A stretch of DNA of 64,000 nucleotides from Mobula hypostoma (lineage: Eukaryota), in NCBI RefSeq assembly GCF_963921235.1, contig NC_086108.1:102798001-102862000 (forward strand), in the 5' to 3' direction. Below, one piece after another: positions 12,632 to 25,492 of the stretch. Within the stretch, counting starts at the first letter, position 1. The number at the start of each line of letters is the position of its first letter. The translations under genes were made by a program, and so were the position numbers. The notes under the pieces are model-generated. The model was not told where the DNA came from and did not search any database. It saw only the letters and a list, made by a program, of their open reading frames with translations.

Positions 12632-12924
12632 GTTATAAATGGGTCTTAGACCAAAAATAAAAAAAAACAGTTGATACACTATTAAAATAAAAGGGGAGGA
12701 GTGTGCCATATAGCCTATATTATAATAATGGACTACTTTATGTTTTAGTAACACGTCATTGCATGCTCTATTAGGCGCGTATTGAGTATGCGCTAGTAGG
12801 CGCGTATTGATCTGTACGTGTGTGCCACGTTCGGATTCTGCCAGTAAAGAACCATGAAACTTAGCTCCCATCTCCAGCGTTTTCATTAATAGCATTGTTG
12901 TGTAACCAGGCCACATACACAACA

Positions 12925-13400
12925 TAGTCCATGGAGGGAAGATCGGTTTCCGTGTGTACTGAGCTGTGTCCACAGAGTTTCTTGCAATCACAGGCAGAGC
13001 AGTTGTCATACCAAGTCACAATGATTTCTATGGTGCATCGATCAAAGCTGGTGAAGCCCGAAGGGGACTTGCTGAACTTATTTATCCTCCTGAGGAAGTA
13101 GACGTGGAGGTGATCTTTCTTGGCCGGGGTGTCAACATCATTGGACCAGGATGGGCTACTCGTGATGTTTACTCCTCTGAGTTTGAAGCTCCACCCTCTC
13201 GACCTAAGCACTGTTGATGAAGACAGGAGCATGTGCACTGACCCCTTCCTGAAGTCAATGACCAGCGCCTTTGTTTTGTTGACATCAAGGGAAAGGTTCT
13301 TGTCAATGACAACATTTCTCGAAGCTGAGATGTGTAGATAATGTGAATATCATGTGGGGCAACAGTGATGAGGATATTTGTTGCAGATTTGTTGCTGCCT
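12925..13400 (-). mobile_element. Rex1/Babar-type LINE, continuation of 4200-4589
   Basis: Minus-strand ORFs FKLRGVNITSSPSWS and YFLRRINKF; DFRK-like region near 13250. Confidence 0.75.
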
Positions 13401-13449
13401 ATCCTTAATGATTGGTCAAAAGTCAAGGATCCCCAGGTACAAAAGGACC

Positions 13450-13870
13450 TGAGTCAATAATGAAGATCGAACCAAAGCCCGAAGGTCAATCAGAAGTCCA
13501 GAAATCAAGACCTGATGGCTCTAAGTCTGGGGAAGTTGAAGGCCCAATGTCTGCAAATCCCTGAGTCTGCAGGAGGCTGAAGGCTGAAGAAGGTTGCCTG
13601 TTGTAGGTTTAGAGGACGTGCATGTGCATGGATGTGTGGGTGCGAGGGAGGAACGGGGTTTGTTTTGCTGTTGTTGTCCTTTTGTGTGTTGAGTTCTGTT
13701 TTGGTGTGCTGTGTGTTGCACGGTGGCATGTTATGTTAGCGCAGGAATGTGTGGCGACCCTTGAGGGCTGCCCCCAGCACATCATTGGGTGTGTTGGCTG
13801 TTAACGCAAATAACACATTTCACTGTATCTTCTGATGTATGTGTAATAAATAAACCTGAACCTGAATCCA
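13450..13870 (+). mobile_element. Non-autonomous retroposon with an AATAAA-(CCTGAA)n tail
   Basis: Similar copy at 25100-25430; shares its tail with 26935-27060. Confidence 0.55.
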
Positions 13871-14719
13871 AATCTGTTGAGTCCCTTGAGGAACTTTTGA
13901 CTTGGATGAAAATTCGAAAATGATGGTTTTCCATGCACCTACTGCCCTGGCTATTGTAGTTGATAGAGGTTGAGGGTTCAAAGATTCAAGAATATTTATT
14001 ACCATAGTATGTATGAAGTATACAACCCTGAAATTCGTCGTCCCCTAGACATGCATGAAAGAAAACCATGGAACCTGATAGAAGAGAAACAACAACTCCA
14101 GAAGCGCAAAAAAAAAACAAATCACGCAACCAGCAACCAAAAGAAAATGACCGAAAAACACAGAATATTAAGCACAATATCGAGAGAGTCCAGGCATATT
14201 CTGTTCAGCTCAGTGCTCATTATCTGCAGGCATCCCTGATTCAAAGTTGCCCAAAACAGGAACAAAAAAAAGTTGCGACCTGAAACCAGAAACACATCAT
14301 ACCGTGAACTACAGAGTCCAATCCACAAACCGTGGCAATTAAACGTTGCACAAGGACTCCAGCACCTTCCTCCGACAGCTTCAAGGGAGAGGGAGAGACC
14401 ATTCAAACGCAGGAACCTTCCTTCAGCAGCAGCAAGTGAGGGGGAGGGCAAGACAGTCACACGCAGACACCTTCCTCTGGGAAGGGTTTGGGAGATGCTG
14501 TCGGAATATACTATGTAATGAGTTCTACAGTGCACTTTGCTAATGATATATACTGCAACCATCATACATCAGTGGAGGATGAAGTAAATAAAATCTGATT
14601 GATGAGATGCCATTTAATAGGTTGTGTTGTCCTTGCTGTTGGAACTGAATTCATTCAGGGAAGTGGAGCGAATTTGTGTAGACTGGAGTGAAATCAAGAC
14701 CTAACTACAGAGCAATGCT

Positions 14720-14920
14720 AATATATTACAGTGCCAACAAAGCACACCCAAAACTCACTAACCCTAACCTGTACATCTTTGGAATGTGGAAGGAAACTGG
14801 AGCATCCAGAAGAAACACATGCATTCACAGGGAAAATATACAAACTCCTTACAGACAGTAGCAGACTTGAACCTGAATTTCTGGTGCTCTAAAGCATTGT
14901 GCAATGCTATTGTGCCATGT
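14720..14920 (-). mobile_element. V-SINE (HE1-like)
   Basis: Reverse complement of the V-domain: ggatgctccagtttccttccacattccaaagatgtacagg. Confidence 0.75.
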
Positions 14921-15086
14921 GGTCAGCTTAAAAGCATTAGCAAAGAAGTACAATTATAAGACCATTTTGACTAGTGTTCCAATGACTTCAGAATTGGAAA
15001 TTTGCTGTGGAAATAATATTGAGGAATGTGAGGCAACGTCATCTGGACTGTGATACTGGAGTACGAGTGGAGTCCTGAAGCAGGTT

Positions 15087-17075
15087 TCGTCGTCGTTAGA
15101 TCGCATCTGGAATCTCCAGTTGGCGGATGATTTCCCTCCATGCCGCTCTGTCCTGACACTTGTCCACAACATCCCTAGTCTTGTCCAGCTTGGTCCAATC
15201 CTTGATGTTATCCAGCCACGTTGTTCTTTGCCTTCCTCTTCCTTTCTTTCCCTCCACCTTTCCATATAGCAAGTCCGACAAGATGTTATCTCTCCATGTA
15301 ATGTGTCCACAATAAGCAACTTCTGGCTTCATAATCTTCTCCAGCAATATCCGTGGTCTATCAACTTTGGACAAAACCCTCTCATTTGAAACTTTCTCTA
15401 CCCAGCTGATCTTCAACATTCGTTGATAGCACCAGATTTCAAAAGCATTAATTCGTTTCATGTCATCCTTCTTCAGGGTCCCTGTTTCTGATCCATACCT
15501 CAGTACTGACCATACGTAACAGTCGAGGAAGCGGATTCTACTTTGGATGCCTACCTTCCAGTTGCATAGTAGATCTTTTAGCTTCATGAACTGGGTCTTA
15601 GCCCTACCTATTTTCCTTCTGATCTCATCTTCACATCTCCTGTCATCTGTCAGACAACTGCCAAGATATTCAAACTATCACACCTGTTCAATGTCTTGTC
15701 CATTCACTTGTAACGATACCATTATGAATGAGTCTTTAGTGTTTGTTTTGCTTACCACCATCAATTTTGTTTTCTTAGGGTTGATTTTAAGTCCATAGTC
15801 AAGGCTTTTCTCATTCACTTTATTCAGCATAATTTGCAGTTCACATTCGCTGTCAGCTAACAACTCGGTGTTGTCCGCATACCTGAAGTTATCCACCTTC
15901 CGGCCTCCGATTGGAATACCTGTCTCCTGATGGTCGCATTCCCGAAAAATCCATTCTCCATAGAGGTTGAACAAATTCTGCAATCCAACACAGCCTTGCC
16001 TTACGCCTCGTTTAATACATGCCCATGGTGATAGCTCATTTTCTACCCTGACTGCCGCTTTCTGCTTCCAATACAAGTTCCTTATTATCTGCACATTCTC
16101 CCATCCCATATCATACTTGTTCAGCATCTCTATTACTTTCTCATGTCTTACTTTATCAAAAGCCTTTTCATAGTCAATAAAGCATAAGTAGATGGTCTTT
16201 TGTGCCTCAATGCATCTCTCCATGATGTTTCTCATCGCAAATATTCCTTCCCTTGTTCCTGAGCTTTTACAAAAACCAAACCGCATTTCTCCAATTTCAT
16301 CGCTGATTGTACCTTACATTCTGCCGAACACTATTTTCAACAGTAGCTTGACGCAGTGAGACATTATGCTTATCATCCTGTGTTTGTTACTTATTATTGT
16401 CCTTGGCTTTTTTGGTAAGGCGTTAAATACCCATTTGAGAAGGTCCTCCGGAAGATTTCTTGTCATATAACTGTTGTTTAATATCGCTAAAAGGTTCATT
16501 TTTCCCTTCAGACCAAGTGATTTCAGAACTTCAGTGGAAATCTTATCTTCATGGGCCGCCTTTCTGACTTTTAGACTCCATATTGCACTTTCCATCTCTG
16601 ACATCAGTATTTTAGGTTGATTAGTCATTTGATTTAATTCTGGTAAATCCTCAATCCTGCTATCTTCAAATAATTCCGAGATGTACTCAACCCATCTGTC
16701 CATGATCTCTTCTTTTTCATAGCATGGATTATCACTACCGTCTTTGATACACCCAGTTGATGGCATGGTCCTCTTTAATTTTGTTAAACCCTTTACCTTT
16801 TGGTGAAGGCCTCTATAATCATAACTTCGTTCATACTGCTCAATTTCTTCACACTGTTCATTCATCCAATTCTCTTTCACTTCCTTGCATTTTCTTTGAA
16901 TCAAGTGGTGCAGGGCTTTGTATCATTCATTATCCCGATGTTTTACCTTTCTTCTTTCTTCAGTCAACTTTCTCAGCTCATCGGTGAACCAAGGGTTATG
17001 TCTTTTGCACTTTTTCTGATAACCCAAAGTCTTTCCACAACTTCTGTCACTGTTGTTTTAACCTCTTCCCAGATG
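15087..17075 (-). mobile_element. RTE-clade LINE, 5'-truncated
   Basis: ORFs 16314-16904, 15678-16286 and 15096-15587 share one frame; GVRQGC, FRYADN, YGSET and GRGRQRTTWLDNI motifs; short (ACG)n tail. Confidence 0.9.
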
Positions 17076-17154
17076 TTTTGCCTAATTGTTTATTATTGTC
17101 ACATGTACCAAGATAGAGTGAAAAGGTTTTGTTTTACATGATCATGCCATACAT

Positions 17155-17410
17155 AACATGATAGCATAGCAGTTAGTGTAATGCTATTACAACACTAGGG
17201 ACCTGGGTTCACTTCCTGTCACTGTCTGTGAAAAAGTTTGTGCGTTCTCCCCGTGACCACAAGGGTTTCCTCCGGGTGCTCCAGTTTCCTCCCACATTCC
17301 AAAGACGTAAAAGTTAGTAGGTAATTGGTTACATGGGTGTAATTGGGCTACATGAGCTCATTGGGCCAGAAGAGCCTGTTATTATGCTGTATCTCTAAAT
17401 AACATAAAAT
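17155..17410 (+). mobile_element. V-SINE (HE1-like)
   Basis: tRNA-like head (tagcatagcagttag; gggttcacttcc), V-domain ttctccccgtgacc...gggtttcctccgggtgctccagtttcctcccacattccaaagac, tail ctgtatctctaaataa. Confidence 0.85.
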
Positions 17411-18204
17411 TATATGTATATATAGTTCAAAAATTCAAGCATGGAAGTCAGTTCAAAGAGAAACAGCAAACCCAGCACCACCCCACACAAAAAAACACAG
17501 CAACACAATCCCCAAACCTCCTCCTTCCTCCCCCCATAAAAAATATGACAAGAACATCGTCCCCAAAATGCCCGTCCCACCTGCACAAAAAAAATTGAGA
17601 AAGAATGGGAAAAAACACAGAATATCAAAACCGTAAGACTGAAAAAGTCCATAGTCCGTAGTCCAAATCTATAAACGCAGAACCTTGGTAACATCCTCCA
17701 ACACCATCAAAAGAGAGACACCGCTCGAACGCAGAGGCCTTGTCCCCAGGGCACAGTGAGTACATGTTGTGCATATACAGAAACCATCCTGCCGATTCTG
17801 ACCTTTACATAGCTATTGCATCAAATAAACCCTTCTCAGTAACATCGGCTGCGTATGAATTTCAGCGATCTTTGCTCCGGTTTCCTCCCACATTCTAAAG
17901 ACGTACAGGTTAGTAGGTAACTGGTCACATGAGTCTAACTGGGCAGCACAGACTCATGGGCCAGAAGGGCCTGTTACTGAGCTGTATCTCTAAATAAAAT
18001 AAATAAGAATGCAAGTATATTTCAGTAGTAAAAGGAAATAGAATGCAGAATATAACACTGTTGTTCCAGAGGAGGTGCAGAGCTTGTGGACAACTAAGGT
18101 ACAAGGGCTACGTTGATGTAAACTGAAAGATCAAAAAAATCAAAGAATTCATTTTTTCATATATGAGAGGCCCCTTCAAACATTTAATAACAGTGGGATA
18201 TAGG

Positions 18205-18712
18205 GACCCTTATTTAGAGGAAAGATGTGGAAGCTTTAGGGAGGGCACAGAGGAGATTTACCAGGATGCTGCCTGGCTTAGAGGGCATGTTTTATGAGGA
18301 TAGGTTGAGCAAGCTGGGTTTTTCTCCTTGGAGAGAAGGAGGATGAGAGGGGACGATAAAGGTGTACAGGATGATAAGAGACATAGATCGAGTGGACAGA
18401 CAGAGGCTTTTCCCAGTGCAGAAATGGCTAATATGAGGGGCATAATTTGAAAGTGGTTGGAAGAAAGTATAGGGGGGGATGTCAGAAGTAGGTTTTTCAC
18501 GCAGAAAGTGGTGGGTGCATGGAACGCCCTGCCAGGGATGGTGATAGAGGCAGACATGTTAAGGACATTGAAGGAACTCTTAGATAGATACATGGATGAT
18601 AGGAAAATGGAAGGTTATGTTGGAGAGAAAGGTTAGATTGATCTTAGAGTAGAGTACAAGACTGGCATAATATTGTGGGCCAAAGGGCCTGTACTGTGCT
18701 GTAATATTCTAG
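18205..18712 (+). mobile_element. CR1 LINE 3' fragment
   Basis: Degenerate RRFTRMLPGL...TQKVVGAWNALP and CR1 tail gggccaaagggcctgtactgtgctgta. Confidence 0.85.
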
Positions 18713-19041
18713 GTTCTATGAGTCTCAAGCTTTTGTATCTTCTGCTCAGGGCAAGTGGGGAGAAGAGGGAATGACTGGGGTTGGAGGAGGTCCTTGATTG
18801 TGTTGGCTGCTTTCCTGAGGCAGCGTGAAGTATAGATGGAGTCACTGGTTTGTGTGACGTAACTGGGCTGCATTTACAACTCTCCTTTCTTGAGATCTGT
18901 GACCCATGTGGGTAGGATGCCTGTTATGGTGCATCCATGAAAATTAGTAAGAGTCATCAAAGGTAGGCTGAATCCGCTTGTTATTTGCTGCAGCAAACAG
19001 GAACACAAAGGAAATGATGGACGTTGTTGTCACAGTACTTG

Positions 19042-19266
19042 CTGGCAACAACTGAACCCATATGCACAGGAATGGCGGACTCTGCCATGGTGAGCACTGG
19101 CAACAGCTGAGCCCGAATGCAGAGGAACAGCAGACTCGGTCGCAGTGAGGGCCATCAATTACTCAACCCTGTAGAATTGTGGAGGAATGGCAGGCTCCGT
19201 CACGGTGAGTACTGACAAGAACTCAAACCAGGCGCGGAGGAACTGCAGGCTCCCCATGCAGAGAAG
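19042..19266. repeat. Diverged minisatellite, about 4 units of 55-59 bp
   Basis: Units start near 19042, 19097, 19153 and 19212 and share the pattern ...aggaa..gc.g.ctc....gtgag. Confidence 0.6.
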
Positions 19267-19599
19267 GGAATAAAAGGTTATTCTTTGGAATTCCAACAGA
19301 GCATCAGGGACACGACCAAATAACACCATGAGACAAATCATTCTAAACACCCAAGGATTCTGCAACAGTGCTAATTGGGAGTCTGAGTTAAATAATCATA
19401 GAAAGTGGTAAATCCATACCAGTAAACAATTAACTTGAGAAGATTAAACAGAAAGTTCAAGAGCTAAACAACTCTAGTTAAGACAACAATTAGTGAATAC
19501 AGGTGCTCAAGGAACCTGGCCGCCCATCGCTCTATGGCAAATGCAGAGGCCTGCAGGGCTCAAGACAGTCGTGGGCAGTGTAATTCTAAGGGCAACCAA

Positions 19600-19985
19600 G
19601 TTATCATATGAGGATAAGTTGAGCGAGGATGAGGTGTGATTTGATAGAAGTGTATAAGATGATAAGAGGCATTGATTGAGTGGATAGCCAAATAATGTTT
19701 CCTAGGGCGGAAATGGCTTATACCAGGGGGCATAATTTGAAAGTGATTGGAGGAAAGTGCAGGGCGAATGTCAGAGGTAAGTTCTTAACACAGAGTGGTA
19801 ATTGCATGGGGTGGTGGTAGAGGCATATATATTAGGGACATTTAAGAAATTCTTAGATAGACAGATGGATGATAGAGAAATGGAAGATGATGTAAAAGGA
19901 AAGGGTTAAATTGATCTTGGAGTGGGTTAAAAGGTCGGCACAACATCGTGGGCTGAAGGGCCTGTACTGTGCTATAATGCCCTGT
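19600..19985 (+). mobile_element. CR1 LINE 3' fragment
   Basis: Similar to 18290-18712, with the CR1 tail. Confidence 0.8.
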
Positions 19986-20084
19986 GCTCGTCAGCAATGT
20001 GGGCCTGTGGAATGTTACGGGAGCTGGAAAGCTTGAGATATAAGGAGTCACTGGATAGACGTCTTGAAATCTAGGGGAGATCTT

Positions 20085-20443
20085 ATCATCATCATCGTGT
20101 GCCGTGTCATATGACGTAGGCATTCATGGTCTCATGACAAACCTCTTGGCAATTTTTTTTTACAGAGGTGGTTTGCCATTGCCTTCTTAGGGGCATGTCT
20201 TTACAAGATGGGTGGTCTCTTCAGAGATTGTCTGCCTGGCGTCAATGGTCACATAACCAGGACTTGTGATATGCACCAGCTGCTCATACAACCATCCACC
20301 ACCTGCTCCCATGGCTTCACATGACCCTGATCGGGAGGCTAAGCAGGTGCTACACCTTGCCCAAGGGTGACCTGCAGGTGAGCAGAGAGAAGGAGCGCCT
20401 TACACCTCCTTTGGTAGAGACATATCTCTAACCTGCCAACCCA
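20085..20443 (-). mobile_element. RTE-associated SINE-like element
   Basis: (TGA)n tail; gaaggcaatggcaaacca motif typical of RTE-derived SINEs; copy of 38681-39020. Confidence 0.7.
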
Positions 20444-20549
20444 TATCTTATACCTGTTTATAAAATCATAAGGGTAATAGATAATGTGACTGGTCAGTCT
20501 TTTCCCCAGGAGAGTCTAAAGTCAGAAGGGAAAAATTTAAAGGGGACCA

Positions 20550-21225
20550 AAGTTGTGAAGAAAGCATGGCTTTGCCACTACTTGCTACTGCAGAGATTTG
20601 GCATGACATCTAATACTTTGATAAACTTCTATAGATCTGTAGTGGAGAGTATTTTGACTGGCTGCATCACAGCCTGGTCTGGAAACACCAATGCCTTTGA
20701 ATGGAAAATCCTGCAAAAGGTAATGGATTCAGCCCAGCACATCATGAGTAAGGCCCTCCCAATCGCTGAGCAACACAAAAAGCTGTCATAGGAAAGCAAC
20801 ATCCATCATCAGAGATTCCCCACCACCCTGGTCATGGTCTCCTCTCGCTGCTGCCATCAGGTAGAAGGTACAAGAACCTCAGGACTCGCACACCACCAGG
20901 TTCAAGACCAGTTACTACCCCTCAACAATCAGGCTCTTGAACACAGGGGGATAACTTCACTCACTAGCCCCGTCATTGAAATGTTCCCACAACCAATAAT
21001 CTCATGTTACGGAATCTCATTATCTCATGTTCCTGTTATTTATTGCTATTTATTTATACTTCCAATGGCACAGTTTGTTGTCTTCTGCGCTCTGGCTGAT
21101 CTTTCATTGATGCTGTTATAGTCACTATCTTATAGGTTTGCTGAGTATGCCCACAGGAAAATGAATCTCACAGTTGCAAATGTGAACATATGTGTGCTTT
21201 GATAATAAATTTTCTTTGAACTTTG
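20550..21225 (+). mobile_element. Rex1/Babar-type LINE 3' fragment
   Basis: NFYRSVVESILTGCITAW; tail aataaat...tttgaactttgaa. Confidence 0.8.
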
Positions 21226-22109
21226 AATCTGGTTTTCACAAACTGTGCATTGTATCCCATCGCAGCCTAAAGACTCAGTCTGGAAAACACACAAGGTTGC
21301 CTATCAGAATTCCTTTCACCTTTTACTTTATCCAAATATCTATAACTGAAAGGAAGACTGATGTTTTAAGTATTGCTTTTCTTATACAACATGTTATAGC
21401 TAGAGAAATGAGCTACACAAGAGTGTGTCTACTGCTGCAGAGAGAGATTTATCGCCAGCTCATGCAGCGAATACAGGGATGAAGGGTCAGCCTGGGGTCA
21501 AGCCAGACTGGATATGCAATCATCTTGGTTTAGCTGATTGCTTGCAATTGCTTTTGATCCACTAATAGGAAGAGGCAGAAGAGGAGAAAATGGTATTAGG
21601 TCGGAAAAGCTCTAATAAAATACTGCATAATGTTACACTTATGCAAGAGAACATTATCTTGGAAAAAAACTCCACAAAGCCATTTCAAATACTGATCCCA
21701 TTTTTTTCAAGTTGTCCTCAAAAGCAGCCGCACTTGGACGACATATTTTGAACAAATTACATTTTAATTGTTTGGCTCAGGAAACGAATTATTCCTTGAC
21801 GGCCGTGGGGGCAAATGATGATGTAAATCTTGTTCAGAAATTGAGTGCCGAGCATCAGCAGAAATATAATCCTAACCACACCGCATGTCAGGGCAGGGAA
21901 GGATTACTGAGAGGTCAACTTCATTAGCAGAAGATTGGAGACAGCTTGTTGTTATGAAACGAGGTCACAGTTGTACAGTAGCTAAAGTTGTATTGAAAAA
22001 TCATTATGGATCCAAGTTGTATTTTGTAACCGTAATACAAAGGTTTGGGATGAACTATTACAAAAAGCACATGAAAGTACAAGATAAGGATGGTAGAATG
22101 GAGATATGA

Positions 22110-23520
22110 GGCTGCAGATGTTGGAATCTGGAGCAACACACAAGGTGCTGGAGGAAATCAACGGGTCAGGCAGCATCTGATGAGGGAAATGGACAGTTGA
22201 CTTTTTGAGACCTGTTACATACCCCGTGGGTATCTTGTGACCGTCTTATGAGCATGATGTAATGGTCTTGTGGAGGTCACATGATGTAATTTTCCCACCA
22301 GTGTGAGGTCACATGATGACATGTTCTCAACAAGTATATAAAGGGAAACCCTGTTGTGACACAGTTAGTTTCAGTTTAGTTCGTCAGTTAATTCGACAGT
22401 TACTCCGTTATGCTGCGTATTTGTCTAATGACGCAGTTACATTTTAAAACGGAGTTTTATTTTCTATTTTAAGGTGCAAAGATTGGTGCTGGCAGTTTCG
22501 CCAATCGCTGCCAGTTTTGTGTGTTGCATCTATAATTTTTCCTTTACAGTCCAGGATTGGAGAGTGAAGAAAAAGTGAATAAAGTTGGAGTCGTTCGGCG
22601 GCTTTATAAAGGATCGACCTTACTGAGTCTTCGTTCAGAAATAGTGACATGCATTTGAGATAACTCCTGCAAGAGCAGGGAAGTTTGTGCAGTGTTCACT
22701 CGCCAGGAAAAGGTCAGTTCCTTTAAGCCGTTTTATTTCCTTTGTCGTGAATCCTTTGGAGAATCAGCAGTAACGTCATGTCTTCGAAGAAATCCATTTC
22801 CAGAAAAGTCTCTCCTCATTAACTGTGTGAACCACTTGGACTTTCAAATTTACCACTTTAAGAACTGTGTTTGAATTTACCACTTTAAGAACTGTTCCAG
22901 AGTTGCTGTATAGCAGTTAACTTCCGGTTAAGTTAGTCGTTTGAATATTTTTCTGCTATTGTTGAGCAGAGTTTAATAAATGTTTGTTTGTTTATAAAAC
23001 CTGACTCAATGATATATTCATTGTTGCGGCTTACATAACAGACCCTAGGTGTGGAGTGATAGATGGAGGGAAGAGAGCCAGTATAAAATGGTAGAGGGAA
23101 GGGTTGGAGCATGAGCTATCAAGCGATAGGTGGAAGTGAGGAAGGAGTCGTATGCAGATGGAAGAGGAGAGAGTGGGAATAGTGCCAGAGGCCGGGAAGT
23201 GATTGGCGGAAGAGGCAAAGGGTGGAAGATGATGGAATCTGATAGGAATATGGAGCATGGAATAAAGCGAGAGAGGTGGGATAGGTGGGAATAGTGGGGG
23301 TGGTAGGGACACAGTGGGGGGTGCAGTTTATGGATGATAGGCAAGTGGAGAGAATAGGGGAGCGGAAAGAGATGGTGTGATGTGGCTGGGTGTAGGAGGA
23401 ACTGGGCAGATCAGGAGAGAGGAAAGGGATAGAGGGGGAGCAGCTGCCAAAAGGTGGAGAATTCAGTGTTCACACTGCCATAGTGTAGACTGCCCAGGTG
23501 GAATATGAGGTGCTTTTCCT
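22110..23520 (-). mobile_element. Penelope-like element 3' remnant, split by a solo LTR
   Basis: pLTR motif at 22110-22212, purine-rich 3' UTR and C-terminal coding remnant near 23460-23520, as in 53476-54000. Confidence 0.65.
22213..23040 (+). mobile_element. Solo LTR (828 bp)
   Basis: TGTTA...TAACA ends, 4-bp TSD GACC, TATATAAA near 22335, AATAAA near 22975. Confidence 0.85.
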
Positions 23521-24305
23521 CTAGTTCAATATAGAACGAAGAATATCAGATCAATCAAAAAAATAGAGAAAGTGAAAAAAACATTTAGGCAGAAAATGGG
23601 CATTCACTGGAATCCTGTAAAAGTTCAAAGTTCAAAGTAAATTTATTATCAAAGTACACATATTTCTCCTATCTGAGATTCATTTTCTTGCAGGCATTCA
23701 GAGTAGAAATAAGAAAATACAGTAGAATCTAAACGCACAAAGTCAGACAAACAACCAATATACAACAGTTAACAAACTGAGCAAATACAAAAAAAAAATA
23801 ATAATAAACAAACAAACAAATAAATAATACTGAGAACATGAGCTGTAGAGTCCTTGAGCGCATAGGTTGTGGAATCGATTCAGAGTTGCGGTGAGTGAAG
23901 TTATCCATACTGATTCAGGAGCCTGATGGTTGAAGGGTAGTAACTGTTCCTGAAGCTAGTGGTGTGGGACTTTAGGCTCCTGTACTGCCTTCTGGATGGT
24001 ATCAGCCTGGATGGTGGGACTCCTTGATGATGGACGCTGCCTTCTCGTGGCAGCACTCCTTGTAGATGTACTGCATGGGGGGGAGGGCTTTGCTTGTGAT
24101 AGGCTGGGCTGGTAATGCAGCAGTTATGAGCATCAAGCACTTCCAGGTCAAAGGGTGTTCCCAAGAGGGACGTCAAGTACCTCAAAGGATTCTGAATAAC
24201 TCAGATGTAACACGCCTCATCAGGAACCATAGAAAACGATAATGAGAATTTCAGTCGAGGGAAGTCGAACTACTGACAAATAACATTGCAACCTTCAAGC
24301 ATCTA

Positions 24306-24381
24306 GGTTCCCAAATTTTTTTATGCCATGGACCAATACCAAGAAGCAAGGAGTCTGTGGACCCCAGGTTGGGAATTCCTG
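24306..24381 (-). mobile_element. hAT/Charlie-like MITE, second copy with one TIR damaged
   Basis: Reverse complement of 63486-63565. Confidence 0.7.
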
Positions 24382-25154
24382 CTCTAGGACAATGCATTCA
24401 AGTATCAGAAAGGGTGGTGTAGGAAAAGGGATAGGCAGTGGTTGTTGGTGTGAAGGAGCTTGTGTGTGCTTTCATGAATTTAGTGATGAGCATGTTAGCA
24501 ATTGGATTAAGTCTGACACAACAGCAATCTACACTCTGCTGCTTTTCCCAAACATGGAACATGTTGCCAGAGAAGGTGGTGGAACCAGATGCAGATATTA
24601 TGATCAAGAGGCATTCAGACAGGTGCTGAAATAAGTGAAAAGCAAACTGCTGCAGCAACTCTCAGTGGGTCAGTTAGCATCAGTGGTGGGAAAGGAACCG
24701 TCAACGTTTCAGGCATGTGGTAGATTGGGAGAACAAGAGTTCATCTTTATCGTAGGAGATGTCCATTCAGGAGTATGATAATAGCAGAATTGAAGCTGTT
24801 CTTGAATCTGGTTGTTTTGTGGTATTAAACTTTTATATCATCTGCCCAATAGGAGAGGGTAGATGAGAGGATGAGCAGAGTGGGAGGGGGCACTTGATTA
24901 CGTTGGCTGCTTTCCTGAGTCAGTGGGAAGTGTAGACGGAGTCACTGGAGGAGAGGCCGGCTTGCATGATGGACTGAGCTGCATTTTAAACTCTCCTGTA
25001 ATTTCTTGCAGTCTTGGGCAGAGCCACTGATGTACCAAGCTGTGATGCATTTCAAAAGGATGCTTTCTGTGATAGTTCTGTCAAAATTGTGTGTGAACGT
25101 AAGTCCGCTGGAGGCTGGAGACTGCAGAAAGCGGCCTGTCCTGGGGTTAGAGGG

Positions 25155-25155
<1 letters not shown>

Positions 25156-25196
<41 letters not shown>
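25156..25196. repeat. (TG)n microsatellite
   Basis: About 20 uninterrupted TG units. Confidence 0.95.
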
Positions 25197-25198
<2 letters not shown>

Positions 25199-25492
25199 GG
25201 TGGCTGGGAGAGAAGAAATGGGCTTATTTTGCTGTTGTTGGTTTGTTGCTTGTTGTGTTCTGGTTTGTTGTGTTATGTGCTGTTCTGCCAAACATTTTAC
25301 GCGTCATATGTTGGCACTGGAATGTGTGGCAACACTTGCGGACTGACCCCAGCCCATCCTCAGGTGTGTTGTTGTTCACTGTATGTTTCAATGTACGTGG
25401 GATAAATAAACTGGAGTCTTAAATCTTGAACACATTGTCAATGCATCAAAGTTTCAAAGTAAATTTATTATCAAAGTACGTATATGTCACCA

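Larger units (their letters stand above)
8365..12924 (+). mobile_element. Near full-length Gypsy LTR retrotransposon (element B), disrupted
   Basis: LTRs 8365-8562 and 12702-12924; PBS tggcgac at 8566; PPT aaaaggggaggag; TSD CAGTC/TAGTC; domain order gag-PR-RT-RH-IN. Confidence 0.95.

Noticed and set aside
17155..17230. tRNA genes at SINE heads (also 28930, 33770-33843, 39100)
   Set aside because: No complete cloverleaf; each is followed by SINE body sequence
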